From the NCBI GenBank assembly GCA_964514165.1, contig CAZEPS010000004.1, positions 1 to 48,512 of the forward strand: a stretch of DNA of 48,512 bases, written 5' to 3'. Position 1 is the first letter of the stretch; every line of letters starts with the position of its first letter. Below are positions 18,943-29,132 of the stretch, in pieces. The DNA is from an uncultured Leptospirales bacterium (GTDB taxonomy: Bacteria > Spirochaetota > UBA4802 > UBA5550). A program made the position numbers and the translations under genes. The notes beneath the pieces were generated by a model. The model made no database searches. It worked only from the letters and a program-made list of their open reading frames with translations, and was not told where the DNA came from.

Positions 18943-20217
18943 CTAACCGGAATAAACAAGATTTCCGTTGCAGATGGTATATTTAACCGCGCCGTAGAGT
19001 TCCCTTCCCATGAAGGGGGTATTTTTGCATTTCGATATGATGAAGGATTCGTTTATCACGACCTTTTCGTCAGGGTTGATAATGACAATGTCGGCAATTC
19101 CTCCCTTTTTCAGTTCACCCCGATCGAGCCGCAGTATGCGGGCAGGATTTATGGTCACCTTGTCGAATGCCTCGAAAAAGGAGAAGCCGTGTTCCTTAAT
19201 CAGCATCGTCACGATGAGGGGTACCGCTGTCTCCAGCCCGATAATGCCGAAGGGCGCGTATTCAATCTCCTGCATTTTTTCGTTTATCGAATGGGGGGCG
19301 TGATCTGTCGCAATCACGTCTATATCGCCGCTTCTCAGGCCTTCGATGATGGCGACCCTGTCGGCTTCGGTCCTCAGGGGCGGTTTCATTTTTGCCATGG
19401 AAAGGTGTTCCGCGATAGCGTCATCGGTCAGAGAAAAATAGTGGGGAGCGGTCTCGCAGGTAACCCGAACACCCTCCTTTTTCGCGTTTCTGATAATTGA
19501 TACCGATCCCCCGGAGGAGAGATGGCATACGTGCATCCTGCTCTTCGTGAGCCTCGTCAGGAGAACATCCCGGGCGATCATTACCTCTTCAGCCTCGTTG
19601 GGAATACCCCTCATGCCAAGGAGGATGGAGTTTTCTCCTTCGTTCATGAGCCCGTCATCGGTGAGTTCAAGATCTTCTGCATGAGTGACTATCGCCACGT
19701 CGAACATCCGGGCGTATTCCAGGGCCCTCCTCATGAGAAGGGAACTCATCACCGGTATTCCGTCATCGGAAAATGCCACGGCCCCGGCCTTGATGAGCTC
19801 CCCCATCTCGGTGATCTCTTCTCCCCTGGCGCCCTTGGTAACGTTGGCAACAGGGAAAACGTTAATCGGCCCCTTCTCAGCCTCAAGCTTGATGAATCTT
19901 ACCAGTGCCTGATTGTCGATGACCGGGCTGGTGTTCGGCATGGTGCAGACCGATGTGAACCCGCTCCGGGCCGCTACCCTGCTTCCCCCGATAATGGTCT
20001 CCACATTTTCACGGCCCGGTTCCCGAAAGTGAACATGCATGTCAATGAGACCGGGAAGGACCACGCATTCCGACGCGTCTATGATCCCGTCTCCGTTGTT
20101 GACGGGAATGTCCCCGGATATCCCTGTGATCCTGTCATCTTCTATGAGAAGATCCAGCGATGCGTCCGTTCCAGAAGCCGGATCAATTACCCTGCCATTT
20201 TTAATAACGAATCTCAT
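18943..20217 (-). CDS. pyrC: Dihydroorotase
   Basis: DMHVHFREPG, MPNT, FSDDG, PPLR, IATDHAPH. Confidence 0.96.
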   Translation of the reverse strand: MRFVIKNGRVIDPASGTDASLDLLIEDDRITGISGDIPVNNGDGIIDASECVVLPGLIDMHVHFREPGRENVETIIGGSRVAARSGFTSVCTMPNTSPVIDNQALVRFIKLEAEKGPINVFPVANVTKGARGEEITEMGELIKAGAVAFSDDGIPVMSSLLMRRALEYARMFDVAIVTHAEDLELTDDGLMNEGENSILLGMRGIPNEAEEVMIARDVLLTRLTKSRMHVCHLSSGGSVSIIRNAKKEGVRVTCETAPHYFSLTDDAIAEHLSMAKMKPPLRTEADRVAIIEGLRSGDIDVIATDHAPHSINEKMQEIEYAPFGIIGLETAVPLIVTMLIKEHGFSFFEAFDKVTINPARILRLDRGELKKGGIADIVIINPDEKVVINESFIISKCKNTPFMGRELYGAVKYTICNGNLVYSG

Positions 20218-21170
20218 AGCTGCTTGTCCTCTTTTATTTCATCGAGAGGGGCTCCCCCGACCAGGAGGTAAAATATCGACATCCTCACGGCAACCCCGTT
20301 GGTGACCTGTTCATTTATTATGGTGTTCGGAAGGTTAACAATCGAATCGTCAATCTCTATTCCCCTGTTTATGGGTCCGGGGTGCATGATGAGTACATCG
20401 CTTCTGCACCGTTCGAACCGTTCGCCGGTCATGGCAAAAAGCCGGTGGTATTCCCTCAGGGAAGGATAAAAGGACCCCTGCTGACGCTCACGCTGCATCC
20501 TGAGCAGGTTGATAACGTCAAGCTCCGGCAGGAGCTCGTCAATGTTATAAGTGATATCTACGCCGTAAATCCTGAATTCATCCGGAACCAGGGTCGGGGG
20601 GCCGCACAGGGTGACTTTTGCACCGAGCTTCAAAAAGGCCTCGATATCGGAACGGGCGACCCGGGAATGACGCAGATCCCCGATTATGCCGATATGAAGC
20701 CCTTTGAGACTTCCCCGTACCTCGAGAATGGAATAGGTATCGAGGAGGGCCTGGGTCGGATGGGCATGGAAACCATCACCGGCATTGATGACCGATGCTT
20801 CTATATTTTGAGATAAAAAATGCGGCGCCAGAGACGCCGCATGCCTTATTACGATATAGTCAGCCTTCATGGCCTCAAGGGTGTGGACAGTGTCGATGAG
20901 GGACTCTCCCTTGACGACGCTGGACGTCGCCACTGAAAAATTTATCAGGTCAGCTGACAATCTCTTGGCGGCGAGTTCAAAGCTGATCCTGGTCCTGGTG
21001 GACGGTTCGTAGAAAAGGGTACAGACGGTCTTACCACGCAAAACAGGAACACTCTTTACGTTCCGGGTGAATACGTCTTTAAAATATTTCGCTGTTCTGC
21101 AGATGAGAGATATTTCTTCAGCAGTGAGGGACTGTATATCCAGGAGATCTTTACTTCTGAGGGAGCCCAT
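20214..21170 (-). CDS. pyrB: Aspartate carbamoyltransferase catalytic subunit
   Basis: FYEPSTRTRISF, NAGDG, HPTQALLD, MHPGPINRG. Confidence 0.97.
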   Translation of the reverse strand: MGSLRSKDLLDIQSLTAEEISLICRTAKYFKDVFTRNVKSVPVLRGKTVCTLFYEPSTRTRISFELAAKRLSADLINFSVATSSVVKGESLIDTVHTLEAMKADYIVIRHAASLAPHFLSQNIEASVINAGDGFHAHPTQALLDTYSILEVRGSLKGLHIGIIGDLRHSRVARSDIEAFLKLGAKVTLCGPPTLVPDEFRIYGVDITYNIDELLPELDVINLLRMQRERQQGSFYPSLREYHRLFAMTGERFERCRSDVLIMHPGPINRGIEIDDSIVNLPNTIINEQVTNGVAVRMSIFYLLVGGAPLDEIKEDKQL

Positions 21171-21353
21171 ATCAGATAAATATTATTTAACAAATCGGAA
21201 AAATGTCAAACCAAATATTCATATAATTCTATTTTTTAAATGTGGTTGACTTTAAAGGCACTCTCATATATCGTATTCATTCACTTTTTTGACTGTAAAA
21301 TTTTCAAAAAATCTGGAGTATGCTCTCTTCTGGTTTAAACTGGTTTGTACACA

Positions 21354-21842
21354 ATGTATGATCATTCACCGATAAAACTGAAAATACAGCCGGCCTGGAA
21401 CCTGATAAACTCGATACAGGAACAGGCGGTAGAGTACATGAATTCAAAGGGTTTCTCCAGGGATATAACCGAGGCTACCATGATGTGCGCAACCGAACTC
21501 ATTGAAAACGCCATAAAATACAGCTCTGAAAAAGCGGGAAACGATACCATAGATTTTAATCTCTTCGCCGACTGTGGAACTATAACAATAATTATTACCA
21601 ATAGAATCAGATCGGCTAAGGATCTCGATAACGTCAAAAAACATATTAAAAATTTACAGAAAGCGGAAAAACCGGCAGAGCTGTATACCGACCGTCTCGT
21701 TGAATTTATAAAGTACCAGAAACCAGGTGGCAGCAAACTCGGTTTATACAGGATTGCCTATGAGGGTGATTTCACGCTCTCCTACTCCTTTGAGGACAGC
21801 TTTTTAACCATACGAGCGGAAAGAAATATTAATAAAAATTGA
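21354..21842 (+). CDS. HATPase-fold / anti-sigma-factor-like ATP-binding protein (slr1658/SiaB-like)
   Basis: N-box ELIENAIKY and G-box GGSKLGLYRIAYE. Confidence 0.75.
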   Translation: MYDHSPIKLKIQPAWNLINSIQEQAVEYMNSKGFSRDITEATMMCATELIENAIKYSSEKAGNDTIDFNLFADCGTITIIITNRIRSAKDLDNVKKHIKNLQKAEKPAELYTDRLVEFIKYQKPGGSKLGLYRIAYEGDFTLSYSFEDSFLTIRAERNINKN

Positions 21843-21980
21843 ATCATCTCTCATCATTCATGACATCAGCTCACCTGCCTTAACGTCACCCGGTATCTAC
21901 TGAAACCCTGTAAACCCGTTTTTCTGGTTGTGGATTCTCCGTGAATAATCAAATCATTATCAATCAAAAGAAAAGGCTTT

Positions 21981-22754
21981 CTAACTGAATATCCAGGTTA
22001 TGCCTTTGTAAATATAGAAAGTCCCGATAATAATAATACCGATGCCGAAAATCGTTTTAACTGTCCTTTCCGGCATGTATTTCGACACATACGGCCCGAT
22101 CTGCCCACCGATAATGACCCCGGGAACGGTAAAAATCAGTATATCTATTATGATATGACCGGCCTGGAGATTCAGTATGGTAATGACCCAGTCCGCCGTT
22201 GCCTCAACCAGGATTGCCGTGGCGTTTGCCCTCTTTGTTTTCACGTTGAGTCCCTTCTCAAGTACCGGCTGCGCCATCTCGCATATACCGGTGCCTGTCG
22301 TGGCCGAGAAGAAACCCCCTATCGGAGGAATCCACATGTAGCTGTAGATATCCTCAACCGGTATGTTTTCTCTGGTCCCGAAATTTTTCCTGGCTGCGCT
22401 GAAAAGCTGGAGGGTGGCTATGCCCATAATGACAATCCCAAGGACGAGTTTCACCAGGTTCTCGTTCACTATCATCAGGGCGTGATTGCCGATAACCACA
22501 CCCGGAATTGTCAGCAATATCATCGTCACCCCGATACGGAGCTCAGTCATGTTGTACCAGAGATACCGTATCGTTCCGCTGGTCATTCCTGCGGTTTCCG
22601 TGGCGATACCGGTCGCGACCGCGTTCTGAATCGGGATGTTCAAGAAAAGGTTGTAAATAGGCTGAAACAGAACACCCCCTGAAAAACCGGACGAATTGCA
22701 GATGATTGCGATAGCTATCGATATGGGAAACATGTACCAGTATTCGAAACTCAT
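21981..22754 (-). CDS. TauE/SafE family sulfite-exporter-like membrane protein
   Basis: GFSGGVLFQP, AVATG and GVIIGGQIGP motifs; about 8 TM; start at MSFEYW after GAGGG. Confidence 0.88.
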   Translation of the reverse strand: MSFEYWYMFPISIAIAIICNSSGFSGGVLFQPIYNLFLNIPIQNAVATGIATETAGMTSGTIRYLWYNMTELRIGVTMILLTIPGVVIGNHALMIVNENLVKLVLGIVIMGIATLQLFSAARKNFGTRENIPVEDIYSYMWIPPIGGFFSATTGTGICEMAQPVLEKGLNVKTKRANATAILVEATADWVITILNLQAGHIIIDILIFTVPGVIIGGQIGPYVSKYMPERTVKTIFGIGIIIIGTFYIYKGITWIFS

Positions 22755-22764
22755 CTGCACCCTC

Positions 22765-23550
22765 TTACTCGGATTGTTCAGTATCGGCAAAATTTTTCAT
22801 CGCGCTGTAGATCTCATTCTGTGTGACTTCAGTATGAGGCTGATAGGTCTTGTACATGTTAACAAACTTCTGAAGGGCGAATAGTTCTTCGCTCATCCGT
22901 TCAAGGATATATACAATATCCTTGCTGAAGGTTATTATTCTTTTGAAATCCGACATTTTCATTTTCTTATTGTCAAGGATCTCTCCGGTAAGTTTCTCAT
23001 TAGTGAAATCAGATATCGTGTACGAGGCCTTGATTATCTGCTCCATGTGACTGTTTATTTCCTGGCGAATCTGCATGATCATGTCCTGGAGATTGATATT
23101 CATATCATTTATCAGGCTCGCGACAAGACCGATCTCATCTTCCGACATTACTGGAACGGTTACCGTGAGATCACCATCCGCGATCTTTTTTGTCGCTTCA
23201 ACCATCTCGTCCATCGGAGATACTATATCCTTGGTGAACATATACAGGGCGACGATAATGCACCCGGTGACCACGATGAGGAGAAGTATCATCCTTCCGA
23301 TAAATTCCCTGACCGGCTGGAATATTTCCCTCATATCCGCATTTTGCCGAATCACACCAAGGGTTTCAGTATCCACATAACTGCCGGTGTGGGACAGGAA
23401 ATTATCCATGATGGAATTCTGGAGGCGCCATGAGCTGACCTCAAATATTATTTCGGCGCTTACCGAAACGGATACTATGGAGATCAGGATAAAATACAGA
23501 AGAAGCTTCTTCCTCAACCTGGACATTTTTTTCTGCGTTTGGAATAACAT
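22765..23550 (-). CDS. Two-TM HAMP-domain protein without a recognisable output domain
   Basis: TM-periplasmic-TM layout, then HAMP (IADGDLTVTVPVMSEDEIGLVASLINDM) and a short coiled-coil tail. Confidence 0.8.
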   Translation of the reverse strand: MLFQTQKKMSRLRKKLLLYFILISIVSVSVSAEIIFEVSSWRLQNSIMDNFLSHTGSYVDTETLGVIRQNADMREIFQPVREFIGRMILLLIVVTGCIIVALYMFTKDIVSPMDEMVEATKKIADGDLTVTVPVMSEDEIGLVASLINDMNINLQDMIMQIRQEINSHMEQIIKASYTISDFTNEKLTGEILDNKKMKMSDFKRIITFSKDIVYILERMSEELFALQKFVNMYKTYQPHTEVTQNEIYSAMKNFADTEQSE

Positions 23551-23664
23551 ATTGTATCCTTATCGTATGATAATAATCATCTTCCCCATCTTCCCGGCAG
23601 AAAAAAGATTGTTAATACTACACGCACACTTATTTACCGGCTACAATATAACAGGCTTCTGTGG

Positions 23665-24318
23665 TTATAACTTGCCCTTCACCGCGGTAATTGCTCCGTT
23701 TATTTTAACCTGGACATATCTTCCCTTGCGAAAAGTGCCAGAATTAGCAACTATCAACCCGTCAATTGTCTTAATCCCGTAGGCTTCGTGAATATGCCCG
23801 CATAGACAGAGATTAACGTCATGATTTTCAAGAAATCTTCTCACCGCTGAACTCCCGGCATGGAGGCCGAGAAATGTCCTGTCCTTGATTCCCTTGGGTG
23901 GGACATGGGAAATACAGATTCGGGTATCTGCGTCTCTGATCTTATCATATCCCTTTTCCAGAAACTCGTAGAGTTTGTCGTCGTCATACTCAGTCGGGGT
24001 GTCCATTGGAGTCTTGTTCGATCCCCCTGCTCCGAAAAACCCGACACCATTAATAGTCCTGCCGTCTGAATGTATACTGTAATCTCTTTCGATAAGCAAA
24101 TCGAGAACATCTCTTCTATCCCAGTTTCCATGTACCGCCAGAATATTCCGGTTATACTTTCCCAGGGAGTTGATAATTCTTTCAGCGCTGTTCCTCTGCC
24201 CGGAACGGCCTGATATATCTCCCGCGATAATGACAAGATCTGATCCTCTAATAATATCCGCCGCCCTGTCAATAAAAACGGACTCCCCATGCAAATCACT
24301 GATGGCAAAAACCTTCAT
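23665..24318 (-). CDS. Calcineurin-like metallophosphoesterase
   Basis: SDLHG, AGD, GNWD, SHVPP, CGHIHE. Confidence 0.92.
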   Translation of the reverse strand: MKVFAISDLHGESVFIDRAADIIRGSDLVIIAGDISGRSGQRNSAERIINSLGKYNRNILAVHGNWDRRDVLDLLIERDYSIHSDGRTINGVGFFGAGGSNKTPMDTPTEYDDDKLYEFLEKGYDKIRDADTRICISHVPPKGIKDRTFLGLHAGSSAVRRFLENHDVNLCLCGHIHEAYGIKTIDGLIVANSGTFRKGRYVQVKINGAITAVKGKL

Positions 24319-24466
24319 ATTTTTCCTCGTGGTTTATACAGGATTATTCATGATTGATATATTCCGCAAAAAAAACAATAATATTATACCTGTACCATCG
24401 CCATATTGCAAAATTTTTCTTGATAACCTGGCATATTTCATATCCTTAACACAGGGGTAACAGGTC

Positions 24467-25249
24467 ATGTTAATCGATTCACACACGCATTACGATCTCA
24501 TTCTGAAAAAGGGACAACTGTCGGAAGAAGAACTACTGGACGATTGCTCCGCTGCCGGAATAGAAAAGAGTGTGCAGATAGCCATAGATATTGAATCATG
24601 CAGGTGGTCCCGAGATTTCGCACGCCGCCACGGCGACAAAAACGTCCTTTTCTCCCTCGGCATTCATCCTTCTTCTGAAGCAGCTGCTCATGATCTCCAT
24701 ACACTCGACGAACTTGTCCGTGACATAATTAATTCCAGCGAAATAAAATCCCTCTTTGGCATCGGGGAATGCGGCCTCGATTTTTACCGGATGCGGCAGC
24801 AAAAAGAAGCGCAGATTATTTCTTTTGAAACCCAGGTGGATCTCGCCATTGATCATAATCTCCCGTTAATAGTTCACTCCAGGGACGCGATGAACGAGAC
24901 AATCAGCATCCTGAAATCCAGAAAACCGGGCAAGGGAATCATGCACTGCTTCTCTGGTGACACTAAATCGGCGAGAAAAGTGCTCGATCTCGGATTTTAT
25001 ATCTCCTTTGCCGGGAATATCACCTATAAAAACGCCCATGAACTCCGGGAATCGGCCTCGTTTGCACCCCTGGACAGGTTACTCCTCGAAACCGACGCCC
25101 CCTTTCTCAGCCCCGTACCGGTTCGCGGGAAAATTAACAGGCCCGCTTTTATTTTACATACCTATGCTTTTCTGGCAGAATTAAAGAAGGTCTCCCTGGA
25201 TACGGTTGAAGAACAGATACGAGAAAATTTTAACGCCCTGAGCCGGTGA
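24467..25249 (+). CDS. tatD: TatD family hydrolase
   Basis: DSHTH, GIHP, IGECGLDFY, HSRDA, HCFSG, LLETDAPFL. Confidence 0.94.
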   Translation: MLIDSHTHYDLILKKGQLSEEELLDDCSAAGIEKSVQIAIDIESCRWSRDFARRHGDKNVLFSLGIHPSSEAAAHDLHTLDELVRDIINSSEIKSLFGIGECGLDFYRMRQQKEAQIISFETQVDLAIDHNLPLIVHSRDAMNETISILKSRKPGKGIMHCFSGDTKSARKVLDLGFYISFAGNITYKNAHELRESASFAPLDRLLLETDAPFLSPVPVRGKINRPAFILHTYAFLAELKKVSLDTVEEQIRENFNALSR

Positions 25250-25269
25250 TCACCGTGTAAAAAAACTTC

Positions 25270-25406
25270 AGGGGACTTCTAAAAACTATGTTTTTGAAGA
25301 ACCCTTGCGTGCATCTCGAACCCATATACTATATAATGGAATCGGGAATAAAACCAGCATTTACAATTATAAGGATAATTGTACATGCTGGTTTTTAGAT
25401 GTGCCC
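25270..25406. repeat. Bipartite inverted-repeat element, locus B (divergent member) with 21-bp-stem hairpin
   Basis: AGGGGACTTCTAAAAAC-TAT-GTTTTTGAAGAACCCT mini-module, then GCGTGCATCT ... hairpin 25350-25395 ... AGATGTGCCC. Confidence 0.6.
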
Positions 25407-25648
25407 GTCATATAATTTTCTTATTTTTTACTATATTTATCAGTATACATTCAATACAGAAACATTACAAAAATCAGTATTCCTGTTTGCTGATACGTGT
25501 TTTTATGAAAGAATGTTTATCGTTAACCGATATTTGTCAGTAAATGAAGATTTTTTGACATTTTTCTCCACGGCAGGGAATGTACAGTCCTGTTGACATA
25601 TTTTTTAATAGTATGTAATGGTAATCGTTCAGTGCCAGGCGGTTTATT

Positions 25649-27337
25649 ATGAATACCCAGACCTATACTTCAGATTTTCTTGTCATTGGAACCGGGATAG
25701 CGGGTCTGACATTCGCTATAAAGGCGTCCAGTCTCGGTACCGTTCATATCGTAACCAAAAAAAAGGATTCTGATTCCAATACAAATTATGCCCAGGGTGG
25801 CATCGCCTCTGTTCTCTCCCCCGATGATTCCTTCGAGAAACACAAAGAGGACACCCTGACAGCCGGCGCCGGGCTCTGCGATGAAAAAGCGGTTGATGTC
25901 CTCGTGAATGAAGGCCCCGAAAGGATCCGCGAACTCATGGAATGGGGAGTGCAATTTTCATTTCACAGGAACGAACAGGGAAAACTTGAACTGGACCTGG
26001 GACGGGAAGGGGGACATACCCATAACCGGATTGTGCACGCTACCGATTTGACCGGGCAGGAAATCGAACGTGCCCTCATCCACAAAATAACAGAGATAGA
26101 AAACATACGCCTATTTGAAAATCATACTGCCGTTGACCTGCTTACCGAGCACCAGCTCCGTCTCAACGGGCGGCTGGAAAGCCCAAAAAGCGACAAGGCC
26201 ACCTGTTACGGGGCATATATACTCAATAATGAAACCGGCATGGTGAACACCTTCCAGGCAAAGACCACCTTCCTGGCATCCGGTGGTGTCGGACAGGTCT
26301 ACCTCCATACGACAAACCCCGATATCGCCACAGGGGACGGAATCGCCATGGCCTACCGGGCCGGGGTCCTGATAGCTGACATGGAATTTATCCAGTTTCA
26401 CCCCACGTCCCTCTATACGGAAAAAAAAGCCGGGCCGTCGTTTCTCATCAGCGAGGCTGTTCGGGGTGAAGGAGGGATCCTTCACAACGTGCGGGGCGAA
26501 CGGTTCATGGAGGAGATTCACCCGATGAAGGACCTGGCCCCCAGAGATATCGTGGCCCGGTCTATAGACTACCAGCTCAAGAAGCACGGGGACCCCTTTG
26601 TCTATCTCGACATCTCGTTTCGAAGCAGGAAATTCCTGAAATCACGGTTCCCGAACATCTTCCAACACTGCCTGGAACTGGGGATAAACATCTCATCAGA
26701 CCCGATTCCGGTCGTTCCGGCGGCACATTACCTCTGTGGGGGAATCATCACCGATGTCAACGGGATGACGAATATCAGAAATCTCTATGTCTCCGGGGAG
26801 TCTTCCCGCACGGGGGTCCACGGGGCGAACCGCCTGGCGAGCAATTCCCTCCTCGAAGGGGTCGTATTTTCCCACCGTGCAGCAGCCTGTATAGCGGAAC
26901 AGTATGAAAGAAATATCAGGAACACTACAATACCAGAATACCCGAACTGGGACAAGACCGGCACCTTTGACCTGGAGGAATGGGTACTTATACAGCATAA
27001 CATCCAGGACGTAAAGAGACTCATGTGGGACTATGTCGGCATTGTTCGCTCGGACATGCGCCTCGAGAGAGCCGAAAAAAGGATAGTTATGCTGGCCGAT
27101 GAAATCCATAACTATTACAAAAAGACGACCATTTCACCGAGCATAGTGGAACTGAGAAACCTGGCTACGGTAGCGAAACTCATAATAAAAGGGGCCAGGA
27201 ACAGAAAAAACAGCATTGGACTGCATTATAATACAGATCACCCGGAATCGGGGAGGAGTAAATCGAGCATTGTCATTCAATCCGAAAAAAGTCCCCGAAA
27301 AATGGACCTGACAAAATTAATGCTGCCCAGGGATTAA
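25649..27337 (+). CDS. nadB: L-aspartate oxidase
   Basis: GTGIAGL, AQGGIA, EGGH, QFHPT, LISEAVRGEG, LAPRDIVAR, GVHGANRLASNSLLE. Confidence 0.96.
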   Translation: MNTQTYTSDFLVIGTGIAGLTFAIKASSLGTVHIVTKKKDSDSNTNYAQGGIASVLSPDDSFEKHKEDTLTAGAGLCDEKAVDVLVNEGPERIRELMEWGVQFSFHRNEQGKLELDLGREGGHTHNRIVHATDLTGQEIERALIHKITEIENIRLFENHTAVDLLTEHQLRLNGRLESPKSDKATCYGAYILNNETGMVNTFQAKTTFLASGGVGQVYLHTTNPDIATGDGIAMAYRAGVLIADMEFIQFHPTSLYTEKKAGPSFLISEAVRGEGGILHNVRGERFMEEIHPMKDLAPRDIVARSIDYQLKKHGDPFVYLDISFRSRKFLKSRFPNIFQHCLELGINISSDPIPVVPAAHYLCGGIITDVNGMTNIRNLYVSGESSRTGVHGANRLASNSLLEGVVFSHRAAACIAEQYERNIRNTTIPEYPNWDKTGTFDLEEWVLIQHNIQDVKRLMWDYVGIVRSDMRLERAEKRIVMLADEIHNYYKKTTISPSIVELRNLATVAKLIIKGARNRKNSIGLHYNTDHPESGRSKSSIVIQSEKSPRKMDLTKLMLPRD

Positions 27338-27393
27338 TCTGCTTTACAAAAACAGCAATACGATCTCATGGAGACTTATTCAAGGTTGTCGAT

Positions 27394-28593
27394 ATGGCTA
27401 AAAAAACAAATCTGTCACTGGTAAAAAATTCATCCATCGAAGATCTGCTTTCCGAAACCGGAAAGGGGATCCCGCCGTCAGGAATACGTGAGTTTTTCGA
27501 TATCGTGTACTCCACACCGGACTGCATATCCCTCGGGGTCGGCGAACCTGATTTCTCCACCCCGTGGCGCATGACCGAAAGCGCCATAAACGCGGCGAAA
27601 AACGGGTTCACCCATTACACCCCGAACCGGGGTCTTCCTGAACTCTGCCGGCTCATCTCGGAGTATCTTAGCCGGGATATTTCTGTACAATATGACCCGG
27701 AAACGGAGATAATCATATCACTGGGGGTAAGCCAGGGCCTTGATATTGCCCTCAGAAGCATCATTAATCCCGGCGACGAAATAATCATGTTCGAGCCGTG
27801 CTATGTATCCTATGCCCCCAACATCAGGCTCCTCTACGGGAAACCGGTTGTTATTTCAACAAGAGCCGCTGATAATTTCACAATCGATATAGACGAAATT
27901 AAAAATTCGATAACCCCGAAGACAAAAGGCATTCTCCTCAACTATCCTTCAAACCCGACCGGGGCGACCATCGACAAAAAGACCCTGGAAGAGATCGCGA
28001 AACTCGCCATGTCCCACAACCTGGTAGTGATTGCTGACGAGATATATTCCCAGCTAACTTATGAAAAGGAACACTTCTCAATCGTTTCCATACCGGGAAT
28101 GAAGGAGCGGACAATCTACCTTAACGGTTTTTCCAAAGCCTACGCGATGACCGGTTGGCGAATCGGCTATATAGCGGGACCCGTGTCCATCATAAACGTC
28201 ATGCTGAAAATCCACCAGTACACGGCCCTCTGCGCCTCGTCAGTGGCGCAGTATGCCGCTGTCGAGGCCCTTTTGAAGGGCGAAAAAGATGTTAAAATAA
28301 TGAAAAAGGAATTTCACCGGAGAAAAAATTTCGCGGTGGGCCGCCTCAATGATATCGGTCTCCCATGTTACGATCCTGACGGCGCCATATATGTCTTTCC
28401 CGATATCAGTTCCACCGGTTTGAATTCAAGGGACTTCGCCATCGGCCTCTTGAACCGGAAAAAGGTAGCCGTTGTCCCCGGTATGGCCTTTGGCGAGGCC
28501 GGGACGAACCACGTGAGATGCTCATTCGCGACATCAATGGAGAATCTCAGGGAATCTTTCCTGAGAATCGAGGAATACGTGAAAAGTTTATAA
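27394..28593 (+). CDS. Class I/II PLP-dependent aminotransferase
   Basis: GEPDF, NYPSNPTG, DEIY, FSKAYAMTGWRIGY. Confidence 0.93.
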   Translation: MAKKTNLSLVKNSSIEDLLSETGKGIPPSGIREFFDIVYSTPDCISLGVGEPDFSTPWRMTESAINAAKNGFTHYTPNRGLPELCRLISEYLSRDISVQYDPETEIIISLGVSQGLDIALRSIINPGDEIIMFEPCYVSYAPNIRLLYGKPVVISTRAADNFTIDIDEIKNSITPKTKGILLNYPSNPTGATIDKKTLEEIAKLAMSHNLVVIADEIYSQLTYEKEHFSIVSIPGMKERTIYLNGFSKAYAMTGWRIGYIAGPVSIINVMLKIHQYTALCASSVAQYAAVEALLKGEKDVKIMKKEFHRRKNFAVGRLNDIGLPCYDPDGAIYVFPDISSTGLNSRDFAIGLLNRKKVAVVPGMAFGEAGTNHVRCSFATSMENLRESFLRIEEYVKSL

Positions 28594-28594
28594 C

Positions 28595-29089
28595 ATGGCG
28601 ATTCTCATAGACGGTTTCAACCTCATCTACAAGTTCCCCCATCTCGAGGAAAAGATGTACCGTGGCAAACTGAACGAGGCCAGGGACGGTCTCCTTGATA
28701 TTCTGAAAGAATACCGGAAGATAAAAAAACAGCATATACGGGTCGTCTTTGACGGAAAAAAGGCCCCCTCTCACGATCTCCGCAGTGAAAAAATAGGCAC
28801 CATTGATGTGTACTATTCACTCGATTACTCCGCTGACTTTCTAATCAAGGAATTCATAAAAAAGGACCCGAATCCAAAAATGGCTACGGTGGTAACCTCG
28901 GACAACGATATTATCTTCTTCGTGAACCGTTTTAAAACACGGGTAATAAAAAGCGAGAAATTCGCCGTGCTGGTTACCGAGGCGATCGAGGAACAGCACG
29001 CTGAAACCGTCCAGGAAAAGGAAGATGACCCGGTTCTTACCAAAGACGACATTTCATTCTGGGAAAAAAACTTTAAAAGAAAGAGATAA
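28595..29089 (+). CDS. NYN (YacP/Rae1-like) PIN-fold RNase
   Basis: LIDGFNL, VVFDG, SAD, VVTSD. Confidence 0.85.
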   Translation: MAILIDGFNLIYKFPHLEEKMYRGKLNEARDGLLDILKEYRKIKKQHIRVVFDGKKAPSHDLRSEKIGTIDVYYSLDYSADFLIKEFIKKDPNPKMATVVTSDNDIIFFVNRFKTRVIKSEKFAVLVTEAIEEQHAETVQEKEDDPVLTKDDISFWEKNFKRKR

Positions 29090-29132
29090 AGACAGCTTCA
29101 TACCGGCCCGGGCCAGGAACTCCACAAGTATA

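Noticed and set aside
25575-25605. NiaR/NrtR-type operator upstream of nadB
   Set aside because: Symmetry is too weak, and TTGACA is better explained as a -35 element.
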